Part shown: positions 55,119 to 63,338 of the stretch, piece after piece
Layout: every line of letters starts with the position of its first letter
Position numbering within the stretch: position 1 is the first letter of the stretch
Source: Methanomassiliicoccaceae archaeon
GTDB taxonomy: Archaea > Thermoplasmatota > Thermoplasmata > Methanomassiliicoccales > Methanomethylophilaceae
Assembly: GCA_003550345.1 (NCBI GenBank)
Contig: PUJZ01000027.1
Coordinates: 15,134-79,133 of the forward strand
Direction: 5' to 3'
Length of the DNA stretch: 64,000 nt
The notes under the pieces: generated by a model
Database searches by the model: none
What the model saw: the letters and a program-made list of their open reading frames with translations, nothing else
What the model was told of the DNA's origin: nothing
Program-made: the position numbers and the translations under genes

Positions 55119-56135
55119 ATGCGCCTGGCGGTGGTCCCCCGGGAGCGGGCGGGCGTCACTGTGTCCGAGCTGTTGGAGCGGGACATGGTGGTGCGCTCGG
55201 CGAAGATATCCAAGCGCGACGGCGATGTCCTGGTGCCGGTCAACGCCGCCGGCGAGGAGCATGCCGCAAACCTCGGCCTCACAGTGGTCGAGGGCGAGGT
55301 GCACGGCCGCAAGGATGAAAGCCCCCAGCGCATCGTGGCCCGCCTGCTGTCGCTGCCGGAGGACCGGATGCGCCTGCTGCCTATGAGATGGGAGTTCGTG
55401 GGCGACGTGGCCGTGCTGCGCCTCGATGAGGGCCTTCGGCCCTACGAGGCGGAGATCGGCGAGGCCTACGCCAAGGCCCTGGGGGTCTCATCGGTATGCG
55501 TGGACCGCGGCGGCGTCAGCGGCGAGCTGCGCCGGCCGCGCATAGACCTCATCCATGGGGAGAGCTCGGAGTCGATTCGTCTGGAGAACGGAGTACTCTA
55601 CAAGCTGGACGTCCGCGAGCTGATGTTCGCCTCCGGCAACAACGACGAGAGGGCGCGCATGGGCTCCCTCGATTGCGGAGGCGAGACGGTGGTGGACATG
55701 TTCGCCGGCATCGGGTATTTCAGCATCCCCATCGCCAAGCACGCCGGCGCGGAGAGGGTCTACGCCTGCGAGAAGAACCCGGTGTCGTTCCGGTACCTGA
55801 AGGAGAATCTGGCGCTCAACGGCGTGGAGGGATCGGTCACCCCGGTGCTGGGGGACAACCGCGACCTCCCCATTGCAGGGCTCGCCGACCGCGTGGTCAT
55901 GGGCTATGTGGGGGGCACCCGGGACTTCCTGTGGAAGGGCTTCGAGCTGCTCGCCCCCGAGGGCACCATACATTTCCATGACACCTACCGGGTGAATGAG
56001 ATGCCCCGCGCCCTGGAACGGGACGTCGCCCTCGCCGCTGGCGGCCGGGAGCACGAGGTGGCCTCCGTCCGCGAGGTGAAGTCCTACGCCCCCTCGGTGT
56101 CCCATTACGTGGCCGACATCAGGGTCTACGGCTGA
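55119..56135 (+). CDS. trm5: tRNA (guanine37-N1)-methyltransferase Trm5/Taw22 family
   Basis: WEFVGDVAVL, MFASGN, VVDMFAGIGYFSIPIAK, ACEKNP, VMGYV. Trimmed to ATG 55119. Confidence 0.82.
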   Translation: MRLAVVPRERAGVTVSELLERDMVVRSAKISKRDGDVLVPVNAAGEEHAANLGLTVVEGEVHGRKDESPQRIVARLLSLPEDRMRLLPMRWEFVGDVAVLRLDEGLRPYEAEIGEAYAKALGVSSVCVDRGGVSGELRRPRIDLIHGESSESIRLENGVLYKLDVRELMFASGNNDERARMGSLDCGGETVVDMFAGIGYFSIPIAKHAGAERVYACEKNPVSFRYLKENLALNGVEGSVTPVLGDNRDLPIAGLADRVVMGYVGGTRDFLWKGFELLAPEGTIHFHDTYRVNEMPRALERDVALAAGGREHEVASVREVKSYAPSVSHYVADIRVYG

Positions 56136-57658
56136 GGGGGCTCCTCGCCGGAGCCGGAGGCCACGATCATGTTGGCCAACGCGTCGCGGTAATCGTCGCC
56201 CTTGGCCTCCATCATCTGGAGGGCGAACTGCTCCAGGAAGCTGGCGAAATCGACCTCCTCGTGGTTGAACTGCCAGGCACCCGACTGCTCGCCGCAGGCG
56301 CGCAGGAAGGCCAGGCCGACTGAGCGGTTGCGGTAGCCGCGCGACTCGGACTCCACCGCCTTGCGCACCGAGGGGCCGCCGCCCACCTTGTAGGCCCGCG
56401 CCAGGCGGTCGGCGTAAGCGCCGACCTCCCCGAGGTTGGTGAAGACCGGGATGTCCGCCAGTATGCCTTTCGCCTGCTGGCGCAGCAGGGCCTCCGCCAC
56501 CGCCTTGTTGGGGTTCATCCTCGAGACGTCGCCCATCTCCTCCAGCACCTCCTCCGAGGCCGCCGCCACCACCAGTCGGTCATGGTGCTCCGGCCAGATC
56601 TGGTTGATGGCTTCGCTGCTGCGGTCCCCCTTGACCATGACGGTGACGACCTCCTCCTCGAGGAAGCGGCGCAGCACGTCCTTCTCCTCGTCGGAGCCGC
56701 GCAGGTCCTGCAGGAACGAGTCTATGTCGCGTCCGTAGTTGCGGTCGCCGATCATCAGCACCGCCGCCCCGGAGCGCTTCATCTCCTGGGAACGCCTCTT
56801 CACCACCTCATCGATGAGCTTGCGGTCGCTCAGCTTCCCTTTGGTGTACGACTCCAGAAGGTCCTCGTCCACCCTGAAGTCCTGGAGCGCGGGCTCCTCC
56901 ATCTCGTGGAAGTTGTGCACCACGTGCACGTCCAGCTCCTTGAGGGGCTGGGGCGAGGTCATGCGGGCGATGATATGGTGGAAGAGGTTGATGTCGCCAG
57001 CGCAGTGGCGGCAGACGGTGATGCGCCCCTCGCCGCGGTTGTACGAGAGCACCAGTTTGCCCCGCGACTGCTCATGGCCGCAGGAGCTTCCGTCCAGCTC
57101 ATAGGGCGATGCCTCCAGCCTCTCCTCGATGTAGGCATCGGGCATGCCGGGGAGCTCGCTGCAGAGGACCTCGTCCTCCAGGGAGTACATCCTCAGCTTC
57201 TTCCTCTTGCTCACGTCGGTGTAGGCCAGAAGCCGGAGGTCGGGGTCGTCGTGGTGCTGCACCCCGATGAGCTTGTCGTGCCCCACCTTCCCCCGGGCGG
57301 CGTAGGATATGTCCCCCGAGGGCAGCCTGGCGGTGGCCAGGTAAGGAACCTTGCCCGCCGCCGCCAGCGAGACCGTGCCCGCATAGGCCTTCACCAGGGG
57401 GTCCGACCCGCGGGCGGCGGCCTTGTTCAGCCTCTCGACGTCATCGATTATGCCCGCCATCGAGGCCATCTTGCGCAGGGGCTTGTCGAAGTGGCAGCGC
57501 CGGCATGAGCCGATGCAGACCGGGCGTAGAAGCTCGGGGTCCTTGGCCAGGTCCACCGCCCGTTGCATGAGCTCCTTCTCCTGGCGCTTGGAGGTGTGCT
57601 TGGCGCCCCTTATCCTGACCCCTTTCCTGCCCATGGCGGATGGATATCCGGTCGCCAC
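56126..57658 (-). CDS. hypothetical protein (510 aa), basic N-terminus with CX3CX2C and CxxC motifs
   Basis: Long GC3-biased ORF. GRKGVRIRGAKHTSKRQEKE, CIGSCRRCHF, SSCGHE, VCRHCAGD. I recognise no family. Confidence 0.55.
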   Translation of the reverse strand: MATGYPSAMGRKGVRIRGAKHTSKRQEKELMQRAVDLAKDPELLRPVCIGSCRRCHFDKPLRKMASMAGIIDDVERLNKAAARGSDPLVKAYAGTVSLAAAGKVPYLATARLPSGDISYAARGKVGHDKLIGVQHHDDPDLRLLAYTDVSKRKKLRMYSLEDEVLCSELPGMPDAYIEERLEASPYELDGSSCGHEQSRGKLVLSYNRGEGRITVCRHCAGDINLFHHIIARMTSPQPLKELDVHVVHNFHEMEEPALQDFRVDEDLLESYTKGKLSDRKLIDEVVKRRSQEMKRSGAAVLMIGDRNYGRDIDSFLQDLRGSDEEKDVLRRFLEEEVVTVMVKGDRSSEAINQIWPEHHDRLVVAAASEEVLEEMGDVSRMNPNKAVAEALLRQQAKGILADIPVFTNLGEVGAYADRLARAYKVGGGPSVRKAVESESRGYRNRSVGLAFLRACGEQSGAWQFNHEEVDFASFLEQFALQMMEAKGDDYRDALANMIVASGSGEEPPQP

Positions 57659-57709
57659 CTAATACTTTGCGATGGTAAATGATAACTAGCGCCGCGGCGA
57701 TTCGCCGCC

Positions 57710-58198
57710 ATGTCCTTCCCGCAGAGAAGGGACCGGCTGAGAAGGGCGTTGGCCGCCTGGCCCTTCCTCATTGCCGAGCCCTCGGAAGAGCTCGTCCGCC
57801 TCTGCGATGTCGCCCTGAGGCACGACAGCTACGTCAACGAGAGGATGGCCGCCGACCCGGATGGGGACATGGAGGACAACGAGAGGCTGGAGTTCCTGGG
57901 GGATGCTGTTCTGGAGCTGATCGTCAGGGAGCGGCTCTACCGGTGCGACGGGCTCGACGAGGGGGGCATGACCCGGGCGCTTCAGAGCCTGATATCGAAC
58001 CAGGCCCTTGCTGCCAGGCTCCGTGAGGGGCGTCTCGGCCTGGAGGGCGTGCTGCTCACCGGCGGGGGGCAGAAGGGGCTGAGCGACAGGATGGTGGCCG
58101 GGGCCTTCGAGGCGATGCTGGGGGCGTTGTACCTCACGGCGGGGTTGGACCCCGCGCGCGAGGTCTGCCGCCGCCTCCTGCTTGAGCCCGAGGGCTAG
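57710..58198 (+). CDS. RNase III domain protein without dsRBD (Mini-III-like architecture)
   Basis: [16 protein letters not shown] is a perfect match to the RNase III signature (ERLEFLGD). The second motif reads [13 protein letters not shown]. 162 aa. Confidence 0.7.
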   Translation: MSFPQRRDRLRRALAAWPFLIAEPSEELVRLCDVALRHDSYVNERMAADPDGDMEDNERLEFLGDAVLELIVRERLYRCDGLDEGGMTRALQSLISNQALAARLREGRLGLEGVLLTGGGQKGLSDRMVAGAFEAMLGALYLTAGLDPAREVCRRLLLEPEG

Positions 58199-58482
58199 GC
58201 CTCGGGCTCCGGGCCGAATAGTACTATCTCTATCGAGGAGACGTTGGTCCGCTCGTCGTCGCTGACGCTGACCTCCTCGGTCATCAGGCGGATGTCCTCA
58301 ATCTCCACCTGGGGGAGGAACCTCCGCTGGGCGATCAGGGCCACGTCCACCGCCCGGCTTATCGCCCGGCCGCGGGCCTTCACGTTCACCCTCTGGTTGC
58401 CGTTGTTGAACTGCGTGACCACGGCCAGGACGTAGTTCATGGTGGGCTTCTTGCCGATGAAGACGGTGTTGTCGGGGGGCAT
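58195..58482 (-). CDS. albA: DNA/RNA-binding protein Alba
   Basis: [21 protein letters not shown]...[15 protein letters not shown] matches the Alba fold signature. Confidence 0.9.
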   Translation of the reverse strand: MPPDNTVFIGKKPTMNYVLAVVTQFNNGNQRVNVKARGRAISRAVDVALIAQRRFLPQVEIEDIRLMTEEVSVSDDERTNVSSIEIVLFGPEPEA

Positions 58483-58540
58483 TGCAGCTCGCTGCTATGA
58501 TTGTCAGGGTTTTTATTTATTGATTTTCCGGAGAACGGGG

Positions 58541-58777
58541 CTAGAGGGCGTCCAGGATGGCGTACAGTATCCCCAGGGAGAAAACCCAGAGCAGGGGGAC
58601 GACAACGTAGTACATGCCCTTGACGATGCGGAGCTCGGTCTGCCCGTAGGCGCGGTAGAGCTCCAACGATATCAGCACCAGGATGAGGAACAGGGCGATG
58701 GTGCCTCCGGCGAACCCGTCCGCCGCCTCGGTGACGGCGCCCAAGTCGTCGGAGTGGACGTTGGGTACCCCTATCAT
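58541..58777 (-). CDS. small hypothetical membrane protein (78 aa)
   Basis: Two hydrophobic helices (GGTIALFLILVLISL, YYVVVPLLWVFSLGILYAIL). Confidence 0.4.
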   Translation of the reverse strand: MIGVPNVHSDDLGAVTEAADGFAGGTIALFLILVLISLELYRAYGQTELRIVKGMYYVVVPLLWVFSLGILYAILDAL

Positions 58778-58803
58778 GCGGCCCGTGTAGCATGTGTGAG
58801 TGC

Positions 58804-58811
58804 TTATAAAT
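58804..58811 (+). promoter_or_regulatory. candidate TATA box (TTATAAAT) for the RuBisCO operon
   Basis: A/T-rich octamer about 70 nt upstream of ATG 58881, in an otherwise GC-rich spacer. Confidence 0.35.
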
Positions 58812-58880
58812 TGCGTTCATCGCCGCCGCCGCCCTGAAAAATCCTTTTGTATGCCGCAACCCGATAGGTGGGCGTTGCTT

Positions 58881-59807
58881 ATGGGCGTGCAGGAGACGGC
58901 AGAGGCCATCAGGTCGATGGAGATACGCGGCGCCGGTAGGATCGCCCGCGCCGGAGTGAGGGCGCTGTGCGAGGTGGCCGAGGGCCACCAGGGCGGCAGG
59001 GACGAGCTCCTCCGGGACCTGGAGGAGGCCAAGGAGCATATACTCTCCTCCCGCCCCACCGCCATATCGCTGTGGAACGGGGTGCAGGCCGCCATGCACG
59101 GCGTGGACCGTCTCGAGGACGCCGAGGCGGTCAGGGCGCGGGTGGTGGATAACTCCCGGGCGTTCATCGAGAGGTCGGAGCGGGCCTTGGAGTCCATAGG
59201 GAGGATAGGCGCGAAGCGCATATCCGACGGCGACGTGGTCCTGACGCACTGCAACAGCCACGCCGCCCTCAGCGTCATAAAGGAGGCCCACCGCCAAGGG
59301 AAGAGGCTCGAGGTCATCGCCACCGAGTCCCGGCCCTGGAGGCAGGGCATAATCACCGTCAACGAGCTCGCCGCCGAGGGGATACCGGTCACGATGATAG
59401 TGGACAACGCCGTGCGCAGCATGATGCGCTCGGTGGACCTGGTCCTGGTGGGCGCCGACACCATCACCTCCAGCGGGGTGCTCATCAACAAGATAGGCAC
59501 GTCCCAGATAGCCCTCATTGCCAACGAGGCGAGGGTGCCGTTCCTGGTCTGCAGCGAGACCTACAAGTTCTCCCCCATAACCCTGTTCGGCGAGCTGGTG
59601 GAGATAGAGGAGAGGGGCCGGGCGGAGATCATCGGCGATGCCGACGTGCCCGACAGCGTGACGGTGCGCAACCCGGTCTTCGATGCCACCCCGCCGGAGT
59701 ACATCGACTCTATCGTCACGGAGATCGGCATGATACCGCCGTTCGCCGCCTACGAGGTCATAGTCAAGATATTGGGCCACGATTACATATTCGAGAACAA
59801 GGAGTGA
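58881..59807 (+). CDS. ribose-1,5-bisphosphate isomerase (eIF-2B alpha/beta/delta family)
   Basis: IRSMEIRGAGRIARA, SRPTAISL, VLTHCNS, ESRPWRQG, LVGADTITSSG, INKIGT, NPVFDATP. Trimmed to ATG 58881. Confidence 0.8.
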   Translation: MGVQETAEAIRSMEIRGAGRIARAGVRALCEVAEGHQGGRDELLRDLEEAKEHILSSRPTAISLWNGVQAAMHGVDRLEDAEAVRARVVDNSRAFIERSERALESIGRIGAKRISDGDVVLTHCNSHAALSVIKEAHRQGKRLEVIATESRPWRQGIITVNELAAEGIPVTMIVDNAVRSMMRSVDLVLVGADTITSSGVLINKIGTSQIALIANEARVPFLVCSETYKFSPITLFGELVEIEERGRAEIIGDADVPDSVTVRNPVFDATPPEYIDSIVTEIGMIPPFAAYEVIVKILGHDYIFENKE

Positions 59808-61057
59808 TGAAGATGCAGTATTCGGAGCGCTACCTCCACCTGGGGGAGCGGATCGACCCGGACTCGCATGTGATATGCAAGTACCGCGTGAAGACCAGCG
59901 CCATGTCCATGATGGAGGCGGCCTCGGCCATAGCCACCGAGCAGTCCACCGGCACCTGGACGGACCTGGTGACCCTCGACGAGGATGTGTTCGAGAAGTA
60001 CGGCGCCAAGGTCATGGAGATAGACGGGGACGTGGCCACCGTGGCCTTCCCCGAGGATGATTTCAGCATCGAGGTGGGGGGCGTGCCGCAGATACTCAGC
60101 GTCATCGCGGGCAACCTCTTCGGCCTCGGCGACATCGAAGGGGTGAGGCTGGAGGACGTCTCCTTCCCCAAAGGCATAATCGAGCAGTTCAAAGGGCCGA
60201 AGTACGGCATCGAAGGCCTGAGGCGGAGGCTGAAGCGTCCGGATAAGCCCTTGGTGGGGACCATCGTCAAACCGAAGATAGGCCTCTCGCCCCAGGCCAC
60301 CGCCGAATACATACTGGAGTGCGGCCGCGGGGGCCTGAGCAACAGCAAGGACGACGAGACCCTTGTCGACCAGGTCTTCTGCCCCATCGAGGACCGGACG
60401 GTGGCGATAGCCGAGGCGATAGACACCCTGGAGGAGGAGGGGCGGCACATGGTGCACGCCATAAACGTCACCACCTCCGGCCATCGCATCCTCGAGCTCG
60501 CCGAGCGGGTGCAGGAGCTGGGCGCGTCGCAGATAATGGTGGACGTGCTCACCGCCGGCTTCGCCGCCGTGCAGGCGCTGGCGGAGGACCCGTCCATCAA
60601 GCTGCCGGTGCATGTGCACCGGACCATGCACGGGGCCATCACCCGGAACCCGCAGCACGGCATCGCCATGCTGCCCCTGGCCAAGCTCTCCCGCATGTGC
60701 GGGGGCGATGCGCTGCACATAGGCACCCTGGGGGTGGGCAAGATGAGGGGGACGTGCCAGGAGGACCTGGAGAACCGCGACGCCTGCCTGGACGCCTCGC
60801 TGCCCTACCGGCCGGTGATGCCGGTCTGCTCGGGGGGCCTGCACCCCGGAATGGTGAAGAAGCTGGTGGACATCGCCGGCTTCGACTCCCAGATACAGGC
60901 CGGCGGCGGGGTGGCCGGCCATCCGGGAGGGGTCATGAAAGGGGCCATGGCCATGGCCCAGGCGGTCGACGCAGCCTATATGGGCGTCGAGCTGGAGGAT
61001 CACGCCCGGGACCATCCCGAGCTGGCCGCAGCATTGGAAAAATGGGGATCCCTATGA
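59804..61057 (+). CDS. rbcL: ribulose-1,5-bisphosphate carboxylase large subunit, form III
   Basis: ATEQSTGTW, GTIVKPKIGLSP, KDDE, HVHRTMHGA, GGLHPG, GGGVAGHPGG. 4-nt overlaps with both neighbouring genes. Confidence 0.93.
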   Translation: MMKMQYSERYLHLGERIDPDSHVICKYRVKTSAMSMMEAASAIATEQSTGTWTDLVTLDEDVFEKYGAKVMEIDGDVATVAFPEDDFSIEVGGVPQILSVIAGNLFGLGDIEGVRLEDVSFPKGIIEQFKGPKYGIEGLRRRLKRPDKPLVGTIVKPKIGLSPQATAEYILECGRGGLSNSKDDETLVDQVFCPIEDRTVAIAEAIDTLEEEGRHMVHAINVTTSGHRILELAERVQELGASQIMVDVLTAGFAAVQALAEDPSIKLPVHVHRTMHGAITRNPQHGIAMLPLAKLSRMCGGDALHIGTLGVGKMRGTCQEDLENRDACLDASLPYRPVMPVCSGGLHPGMVKKLVDIAGFDSQIQAGGGVAGHPGGVMKGAMAMAQAVDAAYMGVELEDHARDHPELAAALEKWGSL

Positions 61058-62571
61058 AGCTAAAGGTGAAATTCTTCGACGTCGACACCCTGGAGAACGA
61101 GGTCATACTCCACGAGGACGACTGCATAGAGCTGGGCGTGCAGGAGATGGACAGGGTGAAGATCATGGCGCCCAGCGAGACCATGGTCGCCCTGGTGGAG
61201 AGGAGCGACAGCGTCCTCGAGCGCGGCGAGATCGGCCTGATGAAGGACGCCTACCACGGCCTCAAGGTCAAGCCGGGGGAGGAGGTCGTCGTCACCTTCG
61301 CGCCCAAGCCCGAGTCGGTGCGCTTCGTGCGCAAGAAGATGGACGGGCAGAAGCTCAGCAAGGAGGAGATCCACGCCATCGTCTACGACATAGTCGAGTA
61401 CCGCCTCTCCAACATCGAGGTCTCCGCCTGGTTGACCTCCCTCTACATAAACAGCATGGACCTGGAGGAGATCGCCCACCTCACCGACGCCATGGTGAAG
61501 ACCGGCGACGTGCTCCAGTTCGAGCGGGGGCCGGTCTTCGATTTCCACAGCGTCGGCGGCGTCCCCGGCAACAAGATAACCCCCATCGTGGTGTCGATCG
61601 TCGCCGAGGCCGGCCAGCTCATACCCAAGACCTCGTCGCGGGCGATCAGCAGCGCCGCCGGGACCTCGGACTTCGTCGAGGTCTTCTGCAACGTGGACAT
61701 CGACGCCATGAGCCTGAAGGAGATCGCCGAGACCCATGGCGGCGCCTTCACCTGGGGGGGATCGATAAACCTCGCCCCCGTGGACGACATCGTCATCAAG
61801 GTGGAGTACCCCCTGGCCATCAACCCGCGGGCGCAGATGCTCGCCTCCATCATGAGCAAGAAGAAGGCCATCGGGGCCGACTTCCTGCTCATCGACCTGC
61901 CCACCGGGGAGGGCACCAAGATATCCAACGTGGAGGAGGCCAGGGCCTACGCCCGGGACTTCATGACCCTGGGGGACATGCTGGGGATGCGCGTGGAGTG
62001 CGCCATCACCTACGGGGACCAGCCGGTGGGCGCCAGCATCGGCCCCGCCCTGGAGGCGCGCGAATGCGTGCGCATCCTCGAGGGCGAGGAGCATCCGTCC
62101 AGCGTGGTGGAGAAGGCCTGCGAGCTGGCGGGCATGATACTGGAGATGGGCGGGCATCACAACGGCCCCAAGCTGGCGAGGGAGATACTCTCGTCAGGGA
62201 GGGCGCTGAAGAAGTTCCGTGAAATCGTCGCCGCCCAAGGAGGGGACCCGGGGCTCAAGTCCGAGGACATCGTCCCCGGCGAGTTCACCCATCCCGTGAC
62301 GGCTCCGCGCTTCGGCTATGTGAACGCCATCCGCAACAAGGACCTGGTCGCCGTGGCCCGCGCCGCGGGCTCCCCCCACGACAAGGGCGCCGGGATCCTG
62401 CTGCACAGCAAGAAGGGGCACCGCGTGGAGACCGGCACGCCGCTGTTCACCATTTACGCCGACAACGAGGCCAAGCTCAAGCGGGCGGTGGACACGGCCA
62501 AGAAGCTGCAGCCCATGACCATCGAGGGGATGCTCATAACGAAGGTCCCGGGCGGCGTGCCCCAGCTCTGA
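61054..62571 (+). CDS. deoA: AMP phosphorylase (thymidine phosphorylase family with N-terminal extension)
   Basis: N-terminal MKLKVKFFD...VILHEDD domain, SVGGVPGNKITP, TSSRAISSAAGTSD. ATG 61054 overlaps the rbcL stop (ATGA). Confidence 0.88.
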   Translation: MKLKVKFFDVDTLENEVILHEDDCIELGVQEMDRVKIMAPSETMVALVERSDSVLERGEIGLMKDAYHGLKVKPGEEVVVTFAPKPESVRFVRKKMDGQKLSKEEIHAIVYDIVEYRLSNIEVSAWLTSLYINSMDLEEIAHLTDAMVKTGDVLQFERGPVFDFHSVGGVPGNKITPIVVSIVAEAGQLIPKTSSRAISSAAGTSDFVEVFCNVDIDAMSLKEIAETHGGAFTWGGSINLAPVDDIVIKVEYPLAINPRAQMLASIMSKKKAIGADFLLIDLPTGEGTKISNVEEARAYARDFMTLGDMLGMRVECAITYGDQPVGASIGPALEARECVRILEGEEHPSSVVEKACELAGMILEMGGHHNGPKLAREILSSGRALKKFREIVAAQGGDPGLKSEDIVPGEFTHPVTAPRFGYVNAIRNKDLVAVARAAGSPHDKGAGILLHSKKGHRVETGTPLFTIYADNEAKLKRAVDTAKKLQPMTIEGMLITKVPGGVPQL

Positions 62572-63298
62572 GGCGCTGCCTCTCGATGGCCTCGTCCATG
62601 CTGAGGCCGCCGAGGGCGACCTCCTCCGCCAGCGCCGCCGAGATGGTGATGTCGCCGCTGACCCGCCGGCTCTCGCGCTGCAGGTCGCGCAGCCCGCCGC
62701 GAGTCGAGCTGGGGCGGGGCATGTCCGCCAGGCGGCGGCCTTCGCCGCGGGCGATGGACTCGGCCGCCTGCAGGTGGTCCAACGGGCTCTTGCCGCTGGT
62801 GCGGGCCTCATCGACCACCTGGACCTCGTCCACCAATGGCCAGGCGGCGCGGATGCAGCGGTCCCGGTTGACCGGGTCGCCGTGGCCGATGCGCAGCAGG
62901 ACCCCGGGCGGGGACACCCCCTGCCGGGCGCTGAGCAGCACGGCGGCGATGCCCTCCGGCCCATCGAGGGACCCTTTGGCCAGCGTCCTGCCCTTCATCA
63001 TGAGCGCGTAACCGGGCCGCATCCCCGGGTCCACGCCGGCCACCAATATGGCGTCCTCGCAGTCCTCCCTGAGGCTCAGGGCCTTCAGCAGCGCGGTCTC
63101 CGGATCGGGGTCCTCCACCACGGGCGCGAAGCCGATGAGCCCGCCCTCGCCGGCCGAGCAGACCACCACCGCCACGTTGCTGGGGACCGGGTCCCCCGGC
63201 CGCAGCGATACGAATGGCTCGCCCCTCTCCCGCAGAAGACCGACCAGGTCATGGAAGAGGGAGAAGTCCTCGGTGGCTATGGCGATAAGGCCGTCCAT
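62534..63298 (-). CDS. hypothetical protein, possible RNase H-fold (GVDPG motif)
   Basis: ILVAGVDPGMRPGYALM resembles the first beta-strand/Asp motif of RuvC/YqgF-like nucleases. The rest is unassigned. The 3' end overlaps deoA by 38 nt. Confidence 0.4.
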   Translation of the reverse strand: MDGLIAIATEDFSLFHDLVGLLRERGEPFVSLRPGDPVPSNVAVVVCSAGEGGLIGFAPVVEDPDPETALLKALSLREDCEDAILVAGVDPGMRPGYALMMKGRTLAKGSLDGPEGIAAVLLSARQGVSPPGVLLRIGHGDPVNRDRCIRAAWPLVDEVQVVDEARTSGKSPLDHLQAAESIARGEGRRLADMPRPSSTRGGLRDLQRESRRVSGDITISAALAEEVALGGLSMDEAIERQRLRAGARRPGPSL

Positions 63299-63338
63299 GC
63301 TGATGAAGAGGAAAATGGCGCTTAAAGGGTTTCCCCGC

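Noticed and set aside
58437-62160. Series of long minus-strand ORFs (58437..59780, 59783..61015, 61060..62160) opposite the RuBisCO operon
   Set aside because: The plus-strand genes are unmistakable (e2b2 family, RuBisCO, AMP phosphorylase). The antisense products are H/G/A/L/V-rich with no motifs.
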